DNA of 64,000 bases from PVC group bacterium (GCA_024231215.1 JAAEQR010000034.1:12668-76667); one strand, 5' to 3'. Counted from the stretch's first letter, positions 9,407-18,282 are shown. Program-made: numbers and translations. The notes: generated by a model from the letters alone, not told the origin.

Positions 9407-9664
9407 TTAGATGAAATACTTGCTCAATACTTCTTTCAATCTTTTTTGATAGAAAGTATCTCCATCCTCATCTAAACGTAAATCTATTTTCCGAATCTCC
9501 GCAAGTACATCCTCTAATTCAGGCTTATTCGAAATGCTGGCTTTAAATTGCTCAATTTTGTCAATCGCCTCTTCAATTAAATCTCGCTGTACTGTTATCT
9601 GTTTTTCATCGTTTTTACACAACGCAACTTTTAACATTTTTTCAACACTCATTATTCCCTCCAA
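9407..9664 (-). CDS. Modular small protein (C-module DVLAEI...EVLSKYFI)
   Basis: C-terminus paralogous to 8140..8388; ASISNKPEL junction like ASILHKHEL in 7780..8097. Confidence 0.65.
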   Translation of the reverse strand: MEGIMSVEKMLKVALCKNDEKQITVQRDLIEEAIDKIEQFKASISNKPELEDVLAEIRKIDLRLDEDGDTFYQKRLKEVLSKYFI

Positions 9665-9679
9665 AATTTATCTCCTGTA

Positions 9680-10591
9680 TCATCCTAGCTCCTCCAGGAA
9701 CTTAAATGCTGGCTTCTCTTTTAAATCATATTCAAGAATTCCATAAGAACTATCCACTGAATCCGCTATATCATATAGGATAACCTCTTCAATAGGACTA
9801 TGCTGAATATAATTGAGTAATAATTCTATATATTCTTTTTGTTCTTCATAAAAGCAATTGCTTGTTTTCCACCCCGTTTCTGTTAACCAGATGGGTTTAT
9901 GAAGTTTCTGGAGAGTTCCCAGAATTGATTTATATGAACCACCCCGGAAAGGTATTCCAAAAACAATTCTCCTTATCACTGACAAAGCCGAGTCTCGGTA
10001 TACATGGAAGGAAACAATATCAAAATACTTTTTATACCTTTCCGCAGCTTTGATCCAGGCATACCAGTCATTGTTGTCCATAACACTAACGCAAGGCGCA
10101 ACTATCCGGGCGTCACTCTTCCTTGAAATAACCTCACTCGCTGGCTTAAGAATATTTTCGAAATAAAAGAACCTTGAACCCTGATAAAACCGGGGCAGAT
10201 TTGGTTCATTCCAAATTTCATAAAAATTGATCATCCCCTTATACCGTTCTACCACTGTCTCAACAAAGTTAACCCATTTCTCAATAAAAAATTCTGGATC
10301 GTTAAACCCTTTATCCGCCCACTCGGGATTGTAGCCCAATATAGCCAGGATTTTTATTCCTCTTCCTTCACAAAACGAAACGATATTATCTGTAGCCTCC
10401 CAGTCAAACTTCCCCTCATCTGGTTCAATCAAAAACCAATTGAAGTCACACCGGACAAGCGGTGGGTTAAGTTCTCCCAGTTTCTCAAACTGCTGTAAAT
10501 CGTAGAGCAAATGAACATTCAACCCATAATCTTTTTTGCATGGAATTGAACGAAACCTCTGTAACAGCCACATAATTAAAGATCTAATCAT
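9680..10591 (-). CDS. Clan GH-A glycoside hydrolase (GH5/GH39-like)
   Basis: WFLIEPDEGKFDW, acid/base EIWNEPN, SFHVY, nucleophile IWLTETGW. Confidence 0.85.
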   Translation of the reverse strand: MIRSLIMWLLQRFRSIPCKKDYGLNVHLLYDLQQFEKLGELNPPLVRCDFNWFLIEPDEGKFDWEATDNIVSFCEGRGIKILAILGYNPEWADKGFNDPEFFIEKWVNFVETVVERYKGMINFYEIWNEPNLPRFYQGSRFFYFENILKPASEVISRKSDARIVAPCVSVMDNNDWYAWIKAAERYKKYFDIVSFHVYRDSALSVIRRIVFGIPFRGGSYKSILGTLQKLHKPIWLTETGWKTSNCFYEEQKEYIELLLNYIQHSPIEEVILYDIADSVDSSYGILEYDLKEKPAFKFLEELG

Positions 10592-10658
10592 AGTCTTTCA
10601 CCTCTTTTTGTTGTTCTTTTTAATTCGAGATCCCCCCAGAACCCCGAATAGTTAACTC

Positions 10659-10946
10659 TTACACCTTCCAGTTTTCAACTTTCTCTACAATACGTCCAGC
10701 TGCCTCACCTCTTTCTTTCTCTGTATGAGCTTCCTGCCACTGTTCATAATCTTCACAGGGCTCTACCAGTCCTAAAGGACACTCCTTACAACCGCTGCAA
10801 ACCTCGCACAACGGGCAATATGCTTCCGCCTTGGAAATCTTCTCGTAGAGTTCGTCTGGAAGGTCTTCTTTAAACTCAATCTCCGGATGATCTCTCAAGT
10901 GTTTCCACATTTCTAAACAAAGTCTTTTGGCTCTCTTTTTTGTCAT
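10659..10946 (-). CDS. Cys-rich hypothetical protein
   Basis: CPLCEVCSGCKECPL; similar layout to 32205..32546. Confidence 0.6.
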   Translation of the reverse strand: MTKKRAKRLCLEMWKHLRDHPEIEFKEDLPDELYEKISKAEAYCPLCEVCSGCKECPLGLVEPCEDYEQWQEAHTEKERGEAAGRIVEKVENWKV

Positions 10947-10947
10947 G

Positions 10948-11502
10948 TTACCACCTCGGAATCATTTTATCCATATTTTTACTAACATATAAATCTAAAG
11001 GGTTTATTTCATAAGGCTCTTGACCCTCAACAGCCCTGTGAGAACAGCCTGCCTGGTATGCCATGGCAACAAATTCACTGCACACCATTGCGTCCCTGTC
11101 CCAGTCTCCAACTTTCCGTAAACCGAGTATTGCTTTTACAGCAAGGGCAACCAATTGTAGAAAAGCATATCTCTCCCCATGCTTCCGGAAAGAATAGGCC
11201 TGTAATTTCTCAAGCCTTCTCTTTGTTAAAGCAACACCTTTCGGTCTAGCCACCCTGATTTGATACTTCAGGCTATTATACTTAGTGGCTGTCTTAATTC
11301 TTATTCCGTTCATCCCAGCTTCCGCCATCATGGGAATACCTTTTATTTCTCCCAAGTACAGCGCAACATGAGCTATCGGAACCGCATCTTTTCTTGATAC
11401 TCTCCATTTAGAAAACCAGAAGATGTGTTTGTGTAACCAGCTATCACAATATGTGAATATTGTTTCTCCCCCGGCTAAATCGTAATCGCTTAATACTGCC
11501 AT
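10948..11502 (-). CDS. Permuted papain-like NlpC/P60 (YaeF/YiiX-like) amidase
   Basis: HVALYLG..MAEA precedes VCSEFVAMAY; likely start MAVLS at 11502 with GGAGG RBS. Confidence 0.75.
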   Translation of the reverse strand: MAVLSDYDLAGGETIFTYCDSWLHKHIFWFSKWRVSRKDAVPIAHVALYLGEIKGIPMMAEAGMNGIRIKTATKYNSLKYQIRVARPKGVALTKRRLEKLQAYSFRKHGERYAFLQLVALAVKAILGLRKVGDWDRDAMVCSEFVAMAYQAGCSHRAVEGQEPYEINPLDLYVSKNMDKMIPRW

Positions 11503-11515
11503 GCTTCCTCCTTTT

Positions 11516-12976
11516 TCATGTTCTTCCCATATTTGTAATTCTTCCATCCAGATACGGCTGTCCGCATTCCAAACACTGTAAAACCAAAGCTTCTTTGTTC
11601 GGCAATATACCTCTGTGCCGATCAACCAGAGTTCTTACTCTTATAGAATTATTTAATTTATCTTCCTCTGAACTGTTCAATGCCAGCGCCATCGTAACAT
11701 GGTTTAATTTCCTGGCATCTTCTGAAAGATCACTCTCTCTAATATCCCTGTCCAGTGTCTGCTTGTTGGAATGCGAAGCAGTTACCATTAATAAGTTCCT
11801 CTCCTGACCAATCGCCCTGTGTCCCATCCAGACAGAATCTATCTGGTGCCTTCTTTCCTCTTTAGTGTCCGGTTTACATATATCAGCATAATCTGTAACA
11901 ATCACGTCCGGAACAAAGTCTTCATAATATTCAAGATTGTCTAATATATTTCTCATATCGTCTGGGGTCGTGGATTTACTCGGGGCGCACTCTATCCTCA
12001 GCCTTGAGTTCTTAACGAAACCAGACATGGAATTGATCTTGGTATACACTTGATTATAATTCATAACAGGCTTGATAACTTTTCTTTTAAAGACATCGCC
12101 ATTCTGATCAAAGAAGGGGATTTCCACTTCTCTTTCACTCTCTTCTTCGTGAAAAGGGACAACTCCCCCGGTCAACCTCTGGTAAAATCTTAAATTCAAA
12201 TCATGTTTCGGCATCTCCCAAGAGAAGAATAAAACATTACATTTATTCAAAGTCGCCCACAAAGCCATTTCCATCAGCATGAATGTTTTACCCCGTTTTG
12301 CCGGGCCAATAACAGCAAGAAAGTCTCCCCGTCTTAAAGGCCTGATAAGGTCTCCTAACGCCCCAGGCAAGCGGAGAAGGGCGTTAGTTTGACCAAGAGC
12401 GTTCAGGGAGGTCATTATCTCTTCTGTGCTACTGTCCCAGAAATTAAACCCGTCTGACACAGTTTCTTCGACTCTCTTGAATTTGGCTATCTCTGCCTCT
12501 ACTGCCGTGTAGTCTCCGAGTAGCCGTAAACCTTTTATCCTTTCCTCAAGAATTTCAATGGCAGATCCCTTAAAATAATTCTTTGCCTTATCAACATTAT
12601 AATCAACATTATAGTGCTGATCCTCTTCCTCAAACCTGTCACTTATCCTTGATAAAAAAGTGTCTATTAATTCTATCTTTGATTCATTCGCTATAGCAGT
12701 CTTCTTTGCCTCGAACAGACTTTTGATGTCTTTAAGGGGGGCTTTTTTATACTTATCGTAATATTCTATACACCATTTAGCGACGGTCTTTGTATAAAAA
12801 ATATTGAAATATTCCGGTTGGTACATAGGTCTAATTCTTTTGATAAAATCTGTCGAAATAATCAATCCCAAAACAACATCCTGCTCTTCATTTTTATTTA
12901 TTTCTTGACTTTCAAAATTGATAGGCATGATTGTTTTCTTTATTTCTCCTATGTAAATTAACTCATACTGCACCAA
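11516..12976 (-). CDS. DnaB-like replicative helicase
   Basis: Walker A GPAKRGKT, FFSWEM, VTDYAD, TASH; alternative start at 12928. Confidence 0.9.
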   Translation of the reverse strand: MVQYELIYIGEIKKTIMPINFESQEINKNEEQDVVLGLIISTDFIKRIRPMYQPEYFNIFYTKTVAKWCIEYYDKYKKAPLKDIKSLFEAKKTAIANESKIELIDTFLSRISDRFEEEDQHYNVDYNVDKAKNYFKGSAIEILEERIKGLRLLGDYTAVEAEIAKFKRVEETVSDGFNFWDSSTEEIMTSLNALGQTNALLRLPGALGDLIRPLRRGDFLAVIGPAKRGKTFMLMEMALWATLNKCNVLFFSWEMPKHDLNLRFYQRLTGGVVPFHEEESEREVEIPFFDQNGDVFKRKVIKPVMNYNQVYTKINSMSGFVKNSRLRIECAPSKSTTPDDMRNILDNLEYYEDFVPDVIVTDYADICKPDTKEERRHQIDSVWMGHRAIGQERNLLMVTASHSNKQTLDRDIRESDLSEDARKLNHVTMALALNSSEEDKLNNSIRVRTLVDRHRGILPNKEALVLQCLECGQPYLDGRITNMGRT

Positions 12977-13165
12977 TACTGTTAGGTGTTCATTTTTTCA
13001 CCTTTCCAACTTTCCCTATAAAAAATGACCAGATAAGAAAACACAAAAAGACACCCTTTGTATCATCTGCTGAAACCATGGCAAGTGACGGAGTAAAATA
13101 AAAAGCTTTCCAGTCAAACTTACTCTGCTTAAAACAATTGATTAAATATATTTCTATTTTTTTAT

Positions 13166-13813
13166 TCATTTTAATTCTCCCCTGTTATGTTCAAAAACTG
13201 CTATAGAAAAACCTCTCGGAGTAGCACTTCTGATATTTTTCGTCTTATCGCTTTTGCCCCCAAGTTTTTTATGCTGTCTTGAATAACCGGCTTCAGGAAT
13301 CACTGGGTTTTTCTCTGGCATAACAAACCCATTACCAGTCCACAAACAAGTTCTCTTCGGGTAAGCGTCCCTTGGTGCTATGTGTTCAGGCCAGTCAGGG
13401 TGCTGGTCGTCTTCCGGTAAGTACCCTCCATATTCAAAAGGGTCAAAAATATACTCTGGTTTCCTCCAATATGTTGAGAACGTACTTACCGGATTTTCAA
13501 CCATGTACGGACTTTTGTAACGATCAATTATTCTTAAACAACTTGATAAAAGAGTGAATGCTTCGACTGCTGCCTGTGGGCCTTTTGATTTAAAATGCGT
13601 TGCCCCGGAAACCGCCGTATGAGTGCATGGTGGGAATGCGAAAACGATACTTGGTGCAAAATCAGGGAAAAACTTGTTAACATCTGCCTGGATATGGTGA
13701 ATGTTGTCTTCATCCTCAGCCTTTTGTATATCAACACAATAACATTCATGTCCGGCGTCTGCCCATGGTTTAACCATGATCCCTGTATGATCACACAAGC
13801 TTAAAACCTTCAT
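13166..13813 (-). CDS. C5 cytosine DNA methyltransferase-like protein
   Basis: FAFPPCT, ENPV, K.TCLW, RSATPRGF. Confidence 0.8.
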   Translation of the reverse strand: MKVLSLCDHTGIMVKPWADAGHECYCVDIQKAEDEDNIHHIQADVNKFFPDFAPSIVFAFPPCTHTAVSGATHFKSKGPQAAVEAFTLLSSCLRIIDRYKSPYMVENPVSTFSTYWRKPEYIFDPFEYGGYLPEDDQHPDWPEHIAPRDAYPKRTCLWTGNGFVMPEKNPVIPEAGYSRQHKKLGGKSDKTKNIRSATPRGFSIAVFEHNRGELK

Positions 13814-13840
13814 GTCTCAATCCCCTTTACCTCTTTAAAA

Positions 13841-15325
13841 CTAAACAGCAGCCATTTGGAACTTGTTTACTCCTCGATTCTTCTTTTTTTCTGCCCAATT
13901 CTGTCGCTGTTTTTCATGCTCTCTTTTTTCTCTTTCTCGGATCTCTGCTCCCACTTTATGTTCTTCATAAGCGGTTTTTGCATCCAGAATCTTTTCTTCA
14001 GATGGGTCTAAATCATAAGAATTACCGTTCGTCTGCTTCATCCAAATCACAAATTCTTTCCACAGCCAAAGTCCGTACAACTTATATATACCACCCTTTC
14101 GGAAGTCACTGAATTTTTTTTGTAAAAAATTTATATGCTGGGTATAAAATCCGTCACCCTTTATCAAAGGAAGGTTTATATATTTTCCAATTTTCTGCTC
14201 ATATAAGGCTTTTTGAGACACAATATAGTTAACACCCTTGACAAGCGCACAAAGCTCCGTATCGTTGATCTGAGAGCTTCTGAGAGCCTGTCTGTACAAC
14301 TTTAATACCCTTTCATCCTTAATTTTCTCCATTTTCAGGTCAGGGTCTTTATATAAATGTATCAGGGCGCAACTGCAACCATTTTTTTCATTTAATAACC
14401 ACGCTTTACAACTGCGGTATTGTTTACTTTTATTATTGTAATGTCCCTGTGCATCGGGGGTCTGGAGAAAGTCGGCTCTGTCTATTGCTTTGTAAAGTTC
14501 TTCCTCTCCCCACTCCCTGTGACCCATTTCAGCCGGGACTCCAAAATCTTCGAGGTGTTTAAAGTTTAAAGTTCTATGTCTTTTTATAAAAATACCTTTC
14601 TCAAGTTCTCCGAACATTTTTGCGGAATCCTGGTAGACTTTGGTATTTGTTTTATGGGTGATTAGATTTGATTTGGAATTCCAGTATTCGACATATTTGT
14701 TAGTCTCGTCTAACTTTTCGGCATTATTGATCTTTTTATCGGTAAAAAAAAGAGTGGCACAATTAAAAGACTTATCCGAAGACTCCGTAGGGTTTTCTTT
14801 TTCAGAAAACCCTATATCTTTTACGTTAGTAAAAGATACTTCCTTATTCTTATTATCTAATACTTTATTACTATAGGGCGAGTCGTCCGCATTCCGACCC
14901 GACCGAGAACCGGAAAACCCGTCATCCGGTGGGGCCTGATTATAGTCAATAAGGGTGTAATTTACCTCTTTTTCGTCTATATTCCACCGATCAAGGTGTT
15001 CTTTTATCACCTTTTTGTCCAAAACAGGTGTTTCTAACACATAATACCCATTAGATAAGAACCTTCCATTTGACCCTTTTATAGTATAATTGTACAAATA
15101 CCCGAATTCTTTCAGTTCTTTTATAGCCGATGAAACGCTGTCTTTGCCATCTTTTGATTTGTTTATGAGGTCTGTTCTCCATGCTTTCCAGTCGGGGGGT
15201 CTGCTGATCAGGTAGGTGTGAATGCCTTTTGCTTTCCAGGACAGGTTGCTGTCCTCGATGCAATCCAGCTTAATTGTTTTGTATGATTCACTTTTATTTA
15301 CTCGTAGAATTTTTAGGTCTGCCAT
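13841..15325 (-). CDS. Phage replication initiator (N-terminal wHTH)
   Basis: DSNLSWKAKGIHTYLISRPPDWK...DGKDSVSSAIKELKEFGY typical of initiator N-termini; low-complexity linker; between primase and helicase. Confidence 0.75.
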   Translation of the reverse strand: MADLKILRVNKSESYKTIKLDCIEDSNLSWKAKGIHTYLISRPPDWKAWRTDLINKSKDGKDSVSSAIKELKEFGYLYNYTIKGSNGRFLSNGYYVLETPVLDKKVIKEHLDRWNIDEKEVNYTLIDYNQAPPDDGFSGSRSGRNADDSPYSNKVLDNKNKEVSFTNVKDIGFSEKENPTESSDKSFNCATLFFTDKKINNAEKLDETNKYVEYWNSKSNLITHKTNTKVYQDSAKMFGELEKGIFIKRHRTLNFKHLEDFGVPAEMGHREWGEEELYKAIDRADFLQTPDAQGHYNNKSKQYRSCKAWLLNEKNGCSCALIHLYKDPDLKMEKIKDERVLKLYRQALRSSQINDTELCALVKGVNYIVSQKALYEQKIGKYINLPLIKGDGFYTQHINFLQKKFSDFRKGGIYKLYGLWLWKEFVIWMKQTNGNSYDLDPSEEKILDAKTAYEEHKVGAEIREREKREHEKQRQNWAEKKKNRGVNKFQMAAV

Positions 15326-15564
15326 ATTTTTGCTCCTTGATATTAAATTGCTCTATAAACTAAAAAACCCCGAAACGCAGTTATTTTTTGTCAAATTGTA
15401 AGAAGGTGGGAAAATTGAGAGAACAAAAAATTCTGCATTACAGGGTGTATGTGTGAATTATAATTCCGATTTAAAAAATTCTCGGGGGCTATTATTAAAA
15501 AGGGTTTTTTGGTTTACGGAAAGTCTCCCCCGAGAATTAGTAAACATAATTTACTTACGATAGG

Positions 15565-15593
15565 ACTTTAAAACGCTTTTTGTACCTTGTCAA
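15565..15593 (-). promoter_or_regulatory. Sigma70-type promoter upstream of the initiator
   Basis: TTGACA-17 nt-TAAAGT on minus strand. Confidence 0.5.
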
Positions 15594-15790
15594 CTGTTTT
15601 TTTAAGTAAAGATTTTTCAATCTCTTCCGGTGAATATTCTTTTCTCTCTTTAGCCTCTGCTTTTTTTCCTTTATTCCACTGGTTTATTGGTCTGAATTCA
15701 GAAATAGCCACATACGCGAGAGTAATTCTCGACAGGAATGGCTATTTTCTTTTGACCTCCTTCTCTTTCGACTTTGTTTGTTTCTATCAT
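15568..15790 (-). pseudogene. Stand-alone NrdD C-terminal glycyl-radical domain, disrupted by a 7-bp insertion
   Basis: ENYSRVCGYF* followed, in another frame, by RPINQWNKGKKAEAKERKEY; removing TGAATTC restores a 71-aa ORF. Confidence 0.7.
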
Positions 15791-15856
15791 GGTTTCATTT
15801 GATCCTCCTTATGGTCTTTTTGTTCCATTATTTTCAAACTCCTTTTTTTTTAGTTT

Positions 15857-16081
15857 TTAAATACACATTTCGCAACCTTCTAGACCACAATCAGTACATT
15901 GGAGACAGCACCAATATTGTTCCTCGTCATTCTTGGAATCCATCTCCATTATATTTACAGAACCACATTTCCCACATATAGAAGCACCACACGCACATTC
16001 TATCCAACAACAATTTGATGTTTGTTTATTATGTAATCTTCCACAGTTGTTGCATTTCATCTTTTCGTTTTTTAATTCCAT
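15857..16081 (-). CDS. Very Cys-rich small protein
   Basis: Multiple CxxC motifs; GGAGG RBS; flanked by a 24-bp direct repeat. Confidence 0.65.
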   Translation of the reverse strand: MELKNEKMKCNNCGRLHNKQTSNCCWIECACGASICGKCGSVNIMEMDSKNDEEQYWCCLQCTDCGLEGCEMCI

Positions 16082-16091
16082 TTGATCCTCC

Positions 16092-16316
16092 TTATGGTCT
16101 TTCTATCAACAATCTTCTTTTAGCTGGCTCAGGCCATTTTCTTCTTACCATAGATTTTAAATTATTGCTGTAGTTCTGTCTCTGGTATAGCCTGTTATAT
16201 TCCCTCCTCTCTTCTTCTTTCTCTTCTGCCTTTTTTGATAAATATTCAACTGTCCACATCTCATTCATTTGCTTAATATACTTCTCAATATCATCAGTTC
16301 TTTCTTCTAAAGTCAT
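16092..16316 (-). CDS. Hypothetical protein
   Basis: ATGA overlap with primase stop. Confidence 0.6.
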   Translation of the reverse strand: MTLEERTDDIEKYIKQMNEMWTVEYLSKKAEEKEEERREYNRLYQRQNYSNNLKSMVRRKWPEPAKRRLLIERP

Positions 16317-17224
16317 ACACTACCCCTGAATATTTTTTTAACGAATCTGTCTGCCTCTAATTGGGAAAAATCTCCCGGGTCTTCAACACCATCGAGGGAA
16401 ATAATATTAACCCCGACTCCTAAACCGGATAATTCAGAGCCTAATCTAAACGCTTGTGCTTTAGCTTGTTTTTCTGTGTCAAAAAGGATAGTAACCTTTT
16501 TAAACCTGTTCGCTAATAACAGCACTTGTCTGTCAGTGTAACTAATCCCAAAGGTACAAACGGAGTGATCGCCCAGCCTCCACTTATCGAAGATCCCTTC
16601 AACGACAATACAATGATCTCCGGGGACGCTGTCTATTCCATAAACGATATTCTTGTAGTGTACAACTTCATCTTTCTTGGAACAGCTTTTGTATCTCAAG
16701 TCAGTCTGGTCAGTATACCCTCTTCCCTGGAAAGATACAAGCTTATTTTTAAAATAGATAGGAATTATTATCCGGAACTTATAATCCCCCAAATGTCCAG
16801 TGGAATATACTTTATATTTCTCTATAAGCCTGTTAGGATCAAAGCCTCTGCCGTAAAGATACTGGAATGCTTTCTTGTTCAAGGGTTCTTCCTGACCTTT
16901 TGGCAAAATGAGAGAAGTTCTCGCAGCCTCCCTTGGCTTGTGCTGTTTTAAAAGGTGATCACGGACATTCAGTTCCAGTTTATAATTCAAATGTACATCG
17001 AGCCAGTTCTCCCCGACAAGGTGTAGCATTGCTTCGTTCAGGGGATGATAATGGCACTTAAAACAAAAAAACCCAAACTTTTCGGGGTGTATTGCTCCGA
17101 TTTTTTTACCGGAGCTGGAGCCACAATTCGGGAACGGACATTGCACCTCATAATACCCCCGAGAGTTTGGGCCTGAATATTGAACGTCGTAATCATTGAA
17201 AATTCTGGGAAAATCATATATCAT
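16313..17224 (-). CDS. DNA primase (Zn finger plus TOPRIM)
   Basis: CPF..C..CFKC, RIIIPI, FQGR, VVEGIFD, LFD, DPGD. Confidence 0.9.
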   Translation of the reverse strand: MIYDFPRIFNDYDVQYSGPNSRGYYEVQCPFPNCGSSSGKKIGAIHPEKFGFFCFKCHYHPLNEAMLHLVGENWLDVHLNYKLELNVRDHLLKQHKPREAARTSLILPKGQEEPLNKKAFQYLYGRGFDPNRLIEKYKVYSTGHLGDYKFRIIIPIYFKNKLVSFQGRGYTDQTDLRYKSCSKKDEVVHYKNIVYGIDSVPGDHCIVVEGIFDKWRLGDHSVCTFGISYTDRQVLLLANRFKKVTILFDTEKQAKAQAFRLGSELSGLGVGVNIISLDGVEDPGDFSQLEADRFVKKIFRGSV

Positions 17225-17409
17225 TGATGATCCTCTCTATTGAATTTTTTCTTGTCATGTAGGCATAGTCATTGACTACATGATCAAACCATTCATCAGT
17301 ATATTTCCTTCTCTTATACCAGACATATACCTTTTCCAATATGCCTAAGATTGAAAGCATACCTAAGACAAGCACTGACGTAAACGCTAAACTAATCATC
17401 TTTAACCTC

Positions 17410-17709
17410 CTATTTTAAATTTTTTATTTTATTTATATAATAACAAACTCTATCGAAGTCAAGCCAACCACAAACATTATCCCCGGAATCTTCTTCATCA
17501 AGAAAAGAACCATCAAGGAGCCCAGCTTTGTTTATTGGTGCTATTTCATAAAGCCCTAATTCCCCACCATAAGTGGTATACCCGCGTACAATGGATAATT
17601 GCATCCCATTCTTAAAGGTCAGAAGTAGTCTTGAAATAAACATATCAGAAGTGTCTTCCACTTTTTCTATTCCTAAAAGCTTGTTTTTAAATGTTGTTAA
17701 ATTATTCAT
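17410..17709 (-). CDS. Conserved-looking phage hypothetical protein
   Basis: FKNGMQLSIVRG..TYGGELGLYEIA...VCGWL; GGAGG RBS. Confidence 0.6.
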   Translation of the reverse strand: MNNLTTFKNKLLGIEKVEDTSDMFISRLLLTFKNGMQLSIVRGYTTYGGELGLYEIAPINKAGLLDGSFLDEEDSGDNVCGWLDFDRVCYYINKIKNLK

Positions 17710-17931
17710 TTAGTCCTCCTTATTTTTTAATTCTTCAATTTCTTTTTCTAAAAAACTATACCCGACCAAAGGAACACACAGCATTTTATCGCCGTTTTCT
17801 ATTATATACTTTAACATATAACCCACCAACATTTCATCTGTTGGTGTACACCAATTCTGTGCTCCATCGAGCAAAGTACAATCATCAATAGCATAGTTGT
17901 TTTCCAGCATCCATTTCCAAAATTCATTCAT
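17710..17931 (-). CDS. Hypothetical protein
   Basis: Co-oriented ORF abutting neighbour. Confidence 0.5.
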   Translation of the reverse strand: MNEFWKWMLENNYAIDDCTLLDGAQNWCTPTDEMLVGYMLKYIIENGDKMLCVPLVGYSFLEKEIEELKNKED

Positions 17932-18066
17932 TCTATCAAATCCCTTATCACACTACATAGTAAATAAATAAATATTATTACCGATCCAACAATTGCCAAT
18001 ATAACTAAACCAAGAAATATAACAACAACAAACGACTCTACCGCGTTAATAGATAAATCCATATTA

Positions 18067-18282
18067 TCACCTCTTAACCTCCTTGGTATTTTTTAATAAA
18101 TAATCTTCAAATGTTTCTCTCTCGCCATACCATTTTCGATATCTTTTACCAAATTTAATCCAATAATGAAAGTCAAAATCACTTCCAATTATTACCGCTT
18201 TTAAAAATGTTGCCCATACGGCTATGGATATTAAATATACTATTACGGTTGAAGCTATGACTATTAGTTTTGTTTGTTCCAT
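18067..18282 (-). CDS. Small membrane protein
   Basis: N-terminal hydrophobic segment, GGAGG RBS. Confidence 0.55.
   Translation of the reverse strand: MEQTKLIVIASTVIVYLISIAVWATFLKAVIIGSDFDFHYWIKFGKRYRKWYGERETFEDYLLKNTKEVKR

Larger units (their letters stand above)
7758..9541. repeat. Array of nine ~45-bp attC-like sites in both orientations with TAAT/ATTA core
   Basis: Cores at 7779, 7948, 8139, 8248, 8435, 8544, 8729, 9406, 9515; arms such as ggcatatg/catatgcc and gcaagta/tacttgc pair between neighbouring sites. Confidence 0.75.

Noticed and set aside
7758-9541. Canonical class 1-type integron
   Set aside because: No intI or attI is seen, the core is AAT/ATT rather than AAC/GTT, and the sites lie inside ORFs; reported instead as an attC-like system.
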